A stretch of 61,240 nt of DNA, counting the filler, from Rhizaria sp. SCN 62-66 (Eukaryota): assembly GCA_001724265.1 (NCBI GenBank). It is 4 parts of 4 records of this genome, joined end to end, with 100 filler letters (N's around TTAATTAATTAA, not from the genome) between each part and the next. Parts side by side here need not be neighbours in the genome. Positions count along the whole stretch, not along the records: positions 48,869 to 61,240 come from MEDY01000679.1; 3 more parts are not named here. One strand, given 5' to 3'. The position numbers and the translations under genes are program-made. Shown here one piece after another: positions 57,284 through 61,240 of this stretch (position 1 is the first letter of the stretch; each line of letters starts with the position of its first letter). Under the pieces are notes generated by a model that saw only the letters and a program-made list of their open reading frames with translations, did no database searches and was not told the DNA's origin.

Positions 57284-59649
57284 ATGTCTCAGCAGTACTT
57301 TGGCTCGTACGTCCTCTATCTTCGCCCTTCTCCGTTCTATACGTCTCTCTCCATCTGTGTAGTCATGATAACCTATGCTCACACCCTGTGATGGTACATC
57401 TTTTTATATTCTTTAGTGACATTTCTGCGACGCCCGACTGGGGCTCATGGCTGCGCCGCAGCGCCTCCTGGGTGGCCACCTTACTCCCTTCCGCTTCCTT
57501 ATCTTCTCCCTTCTCTATCTTCGGCTCCAGTGCTAGCACCGGCGGCGCAGCGCGTTCCCGTCGCTCCACCGCGCTGTCCACCGCCGCGTCAGTCTCCGCG
57601 TTTACAGTGGCGTCGCTTGGCGAGGACTCCACTCTGCTCACAGTCACCAATAGCATGATCAACAACAGTAACAACAACATTAACGGTAACACCAACTTGA
57701 GCAGTGTCAGCAACGCCCCTAGCGACGGCGTCCTTCGCTACCGCCCTCCCACCGCCGGCACCGGCACCGGCGCTGGCGCTGGCGCTACTCTGCGCACCAC
57801 AGCGTCAAACTCCGTTTCCATCTCTCACTCCTCCTCCGCCGCCGCTTTGTCTTATAGCAGGTCTAGCGGCTCACATGGTAATAGCAGCGCCTTGGCGCGT
57901 GTCGGAGGCACTGCGCTGCGCTGGGGCCTGCGCCTGGCTGCCGTGGCTGCCGTCTACGCCGCCACGCTGTACTTCCTGCAAGACGCGCTCATCTACATGC
58001 GCCGCGGCTACGGCGGCGCTGACGCCAGCTACTACTCCCGTGTACGCGCCCGGGGCGTGCCGCTGCCTCCGCTGCCGTCGAAGCAACCCTCTGGTGGCGT
58101 ATCACCGTCTGTGCCAGCACGCAGCGCGGTGCACAGCGCGAGTGTGAGCGTTGTGATGCACTCCGGTGCGCCCTGGGCCGCGGCGGAGTCCGCTGCACAC
58201 ACGCTCGCGGCCGCGGACCCGCGGTTCGAGCCCATGTTCCCGAAAGTTAAGCCGCTCACTGCTGTTCATAGTCAGTTCAAGTCTGGCGCCACGTCTGTGC
58301 TGGTGTCTGCGCTGCCGCTGCTGCCTGTGCCGTCGCTGTCGTCTGCGGCGCGCGCGGCCGTCGCCGCGGCTGGGGCCGCTGCGCCCGCGCCGTCCGCGGC
58401 GGCGCTGGCACGCGCTGGCGTGTTCTGGGTCGTGCCCCCGCCTCCTGCGGCAGAGAGCTCCGCAATGACTGAGAATGCGCCTGCGGGTACGGCCAAGAGT
58501 GCAACAGCGACCAAGACTGCGACTGTGTCAAGTGAAACAGTGACCGTGGGCGCGTCGTGGAACCCTCTCCAGGGTGATGTGCTGCCAGCAGACTTTTATA
58601 CTGAGCCCCACGCTGTCGTCGTGCTCTTTGGTGGCAACGCACAAACCGCACTCGACTGGCCCTTTTTTATCCAGGGCATCTACGCCGCGCGCGCTTTCAA
58701 CCTCAACCAGAACGACAAGGATGCCGCTGGCGCCGAAGGTAAGCCGGCGCGGCTCGCTTTCGTGGTGGTGGACTATCCCGGCTACGGTTTGAGCCCCGGC
58801 TCGCCATCGCCTTCGACTGTGCTTGCTAGCGCGCGCGACAGCATCGAGACGTTTCTCTTGCTCACTAACGCCGCAGGCGCCGCCACTAGTGGTGCGAGCG
58901 CAAATGCGTCGGCCTCGAGTAAGACGCAGACTCATCCCCACACTCAGATGCAGACGCAGACGCAGTCGCGCAGTGTGAATGTTGTGGTCGCTGGCCACTC
59001 GCTAGGCTGTGCCGCAGCGCTGCTGCTGGCCGAGTCGCTTCTCGCGAATCCGCTCACTTTGACCGCGCCCTCCCCGTTCGGCGGCGTCGCGTCGAGCGTG
59101 AACGGTGCTGCGGCGCCGAGCGTGCGGGTGGGCGGCGCGCTGCTGCTGTCGCCGTTTTCGTCGATGCTCGCGATGGCGCGCGCGGTGGTGGGCCCGATCC
59201 CGCTGCTGGGGCTACTGTTGCGCCACAACTGGGATAACGAGCGCGCGCTTGCATCCATTGATAAGCTCCACAGTGTGTCTATTACCAGCAACAATAACGA
59301 CAACATCGACATTAACAGAGATAAAAGCAGCGGTAAGCTGCCTGTGAGTGTGTTCCACGGTGTTGCTGATGAGATTGTTCCCGTGTTGCAGGCGCGCGCG
59401 CTCACTGCGCCGTATCTCCTGCAGCAACAGCAGAAGGCGACTGTGAGCGGTGCCGGGGCGACCGTAAGTGCCGGGATGACTGTGGGCAGCGGGGTTAGCG
59501 TCAGCTACCGTGAAGTGCCGCGCGCGGGACACAACAACCTGATTGAGGCCGCGGCGCGGGACGTTGCGGAGGAGTTTGAGCGCGTTGTGCGCGCCGCTGC
59601 TTCTGCGTCTGCGGCTGTGACTGTGGCTGCGACCGCTGAGGGTAAGTGA
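57284..59649 (+). CDS. ABHD12/13/17-like alpha/beta hydrolase with N-terminal membrane anchor (exons 57284-57306, 57417-59649)
   Basis: LYFLQDALIY, LFGGNA, DYPGYGLSPGSPS, GHSLG nucleophile, LLSPFSSM, FHGVADEIVP and AGHNNL. Predicted intron 57307-57416 (GTACGT...GCTCAC...TAG) gives MSQQYFGSDISA. Ends TGA. Confidence 0.85.
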
Positions 59650-60988
59650 AGCCAGTGACCGCGTGCACCTGACCGTGCGCTTGAGATCCGCGTGACTGTC
59701 CAGTCGGGTCCAATGCGAATTCGAACTTAAAGCTATCAGCGGCAAAGCTATCGTATGACGTGACGCTGATGATGATGGGCTGCATGCAAAACTTCTTAGA
59801 GTGTCACGAGTTCCGGCTTCAAGTTGATGTCGCACCCGAACACATCAAGAGCTATGATGACTGGTGACTGTTGTGAGTTCAAAGAGGTATTGGGCAAGGG
59901 GTTGAGAGCCGAGAAAAGGAGCAGATGACATAATATACTGGTGAGTAACAGTAGCGATCAAAAGGACACCGATTTTAACCACTTAAACCTTAACCGTCAT
60001 CAGCCACCTCGCTCCTCGCCTTGCTCACAGTCAACAGGGTCATTCCAGCAATCGCTATGTGCAGGCCAGGCCTCTAACCACCGAAGAAACATCGATATTT
60101 TGCGTAGTTGATCGTCAATACATGTATAGCCCGGGCACCTCTGGCCTAATGTTGAATATTACACTATTTGTAAAAAAATCCTCCAATAATTCCGATGTGT
60201 ACCCATTAATCGACGGCTCAAATTCCCGAACCGACTTCAACCCCGTCCACCGTCCACGCTATCTCCTGCATCTCAAACTGTGTTTCTACTCCTAGAGCCC
60301 AATGTCAACTAATATGGGTAAATGTTGCAAGTTATGTTGCAAGCCTCATGTTGCGTCTTCTGGAAGTCCAGCCATGAACATCTGCGTGAGTTGCTTGATG
60401 GTACGTCTACACAAATTGTTGACCTGAGTTTCTTGGACAACACTTTTCGACTGCAACACAACTGAGCTACGAATTGTATTCGGGAAGACAACGCAACGTT
60501 GTCAAGTAATCTTTGACTAGCGACCAACGTTTTTAAACTGTAGTGCTCCTGTTTTTTGTGTTGTATGTTGCTATAGGCTTAGTTCGCGCTTCTCAACTCA
60601 GAGCCTTCCAATGTAGAGCCTTCCAATGTGACTGTCCCATTGCCTTCCGCCGCTGTCGCAGCAGCAGCAGCAGCAGCAGCAGGCACCGCAATCACCACTC
60701 ACATCCTACCGAACAACCACAACGTACGCTTCTTTCCCTAAGGCTGCGTGTCCGTAATAATCGCATCTTCTTTGCCGCTGACAAATGCAGTCTGTGCAAG
60801 TAATTCTTGAACTTTTGAATGATACTGAACTGGATACCAGAGTTGTATCAGAACTGCATCACGTTCGTTACAATGCTCTGTGTTGATAATATTATTTTCC
60901 ATTATCTGCGCTCATTTAATTTTTTCTGCACCCCCGAAATCCATTATGTTCTTTTCCCAACTGCTTTGGACCTTTGATGCTCGCACAG

Positions 60989-61189
60989 TACTGCCACCGA
61001 CACGAACACCCGATTGAGATCATCAACTGGTGCGACACCTGCAACACCACCGCGTGCGCGCAATGCGCATACCTGTTCGGCGAGCACAAGGATTACACGG
61101 GCCGCTTGCTGACCAGCGTGCGCACTGAGCTGCGGACACGCGCAGAGCAGCTACCGCCGCAGCTGGCTCGCTTTGAACGCGACGTTAGG
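60989..61189 (+). CDS. Probable internal exon encoding a B-box zinc finger plus coiled-coil start (TRIM-like; partial)
   Basis: YCHRH...WCDTCNTTACAQC...EHKDY fits B-box spacing, with the last His replaced by Tyr. Flanked by a CAG acceptor and a GTACGG donor-like site. Confidence 0.55.
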
Positions 61190-61240
61190 GTACGGATGCA
61201 CTTTGAAACACTTTGAACCATTCACGTAATGTAAATCTTT

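Noticed and set aside
60300-60430. Minus-strand QMFMAGLPEDAT resembling an RRM RNP2 motif
   Set aside because: Too short and immediately followed by TGA; could be chance.
60600-60629. AGAGCCTTCCAATGT x2, and the GTTTTTGTTGGTCT repeat near 38413-38450
   Set aside because: Simple local slippage duplications with no further structure.

Overview
Gene-dense, GC-rich nuclear DNA of an unidentified microbial eukaryote. It has spliceosomal GT-AG introns, Pol III tRNA genes and eukaryote-specific genes. The window is four contigs (1-17465, 17566-33464, 33565-48768, 48869-61240) joined by artificial N44-TTAATTAATTAA-N44 linkers. Recognisable genes: a WD40 3' end, HID1, a signal-peptide ankyrin protein, CNOT9/RCD1, a degenerate F1-ATPase alpha paralog, an EDR2_C (DUF1336) protein, an SDR, a probable RPS3A fragment, a giant VPS39/TGFBRAP1, UTP13, an RPS26 fragment, PH-RhoGAP, a 5'-nucleotidase-like protein, a coiled-coil RING protein, a cyclophilin-like-domain protein, an ataxin-10-like protein, an ABHD-type hydrolase, a B-box exon, tRNA-Lys(CTT), tRNA-Ser(AGA) and a pogo-like transposase relic. 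The main signal is a probable non-standard nuclear genetic code. Four in-frame TAG codons interrupt three otherwise intact genes, and two of them lie where Gln is expected. All 17 gene ends I could define are TGA (11) or TAA (6), never TAG. This points to UAG=Gln with UAA still a stop, i.e. uncoupled UAR codons. Other items: a perfect 62-bp-arm foldback, a P-loop-less F1-alpha paralog, an ER-lumen-type ankyrin protein, an AT-rich island and widespread Ala/Ser-rich protein expansion. All family calls come from motif recognition by eye; no searches were run.
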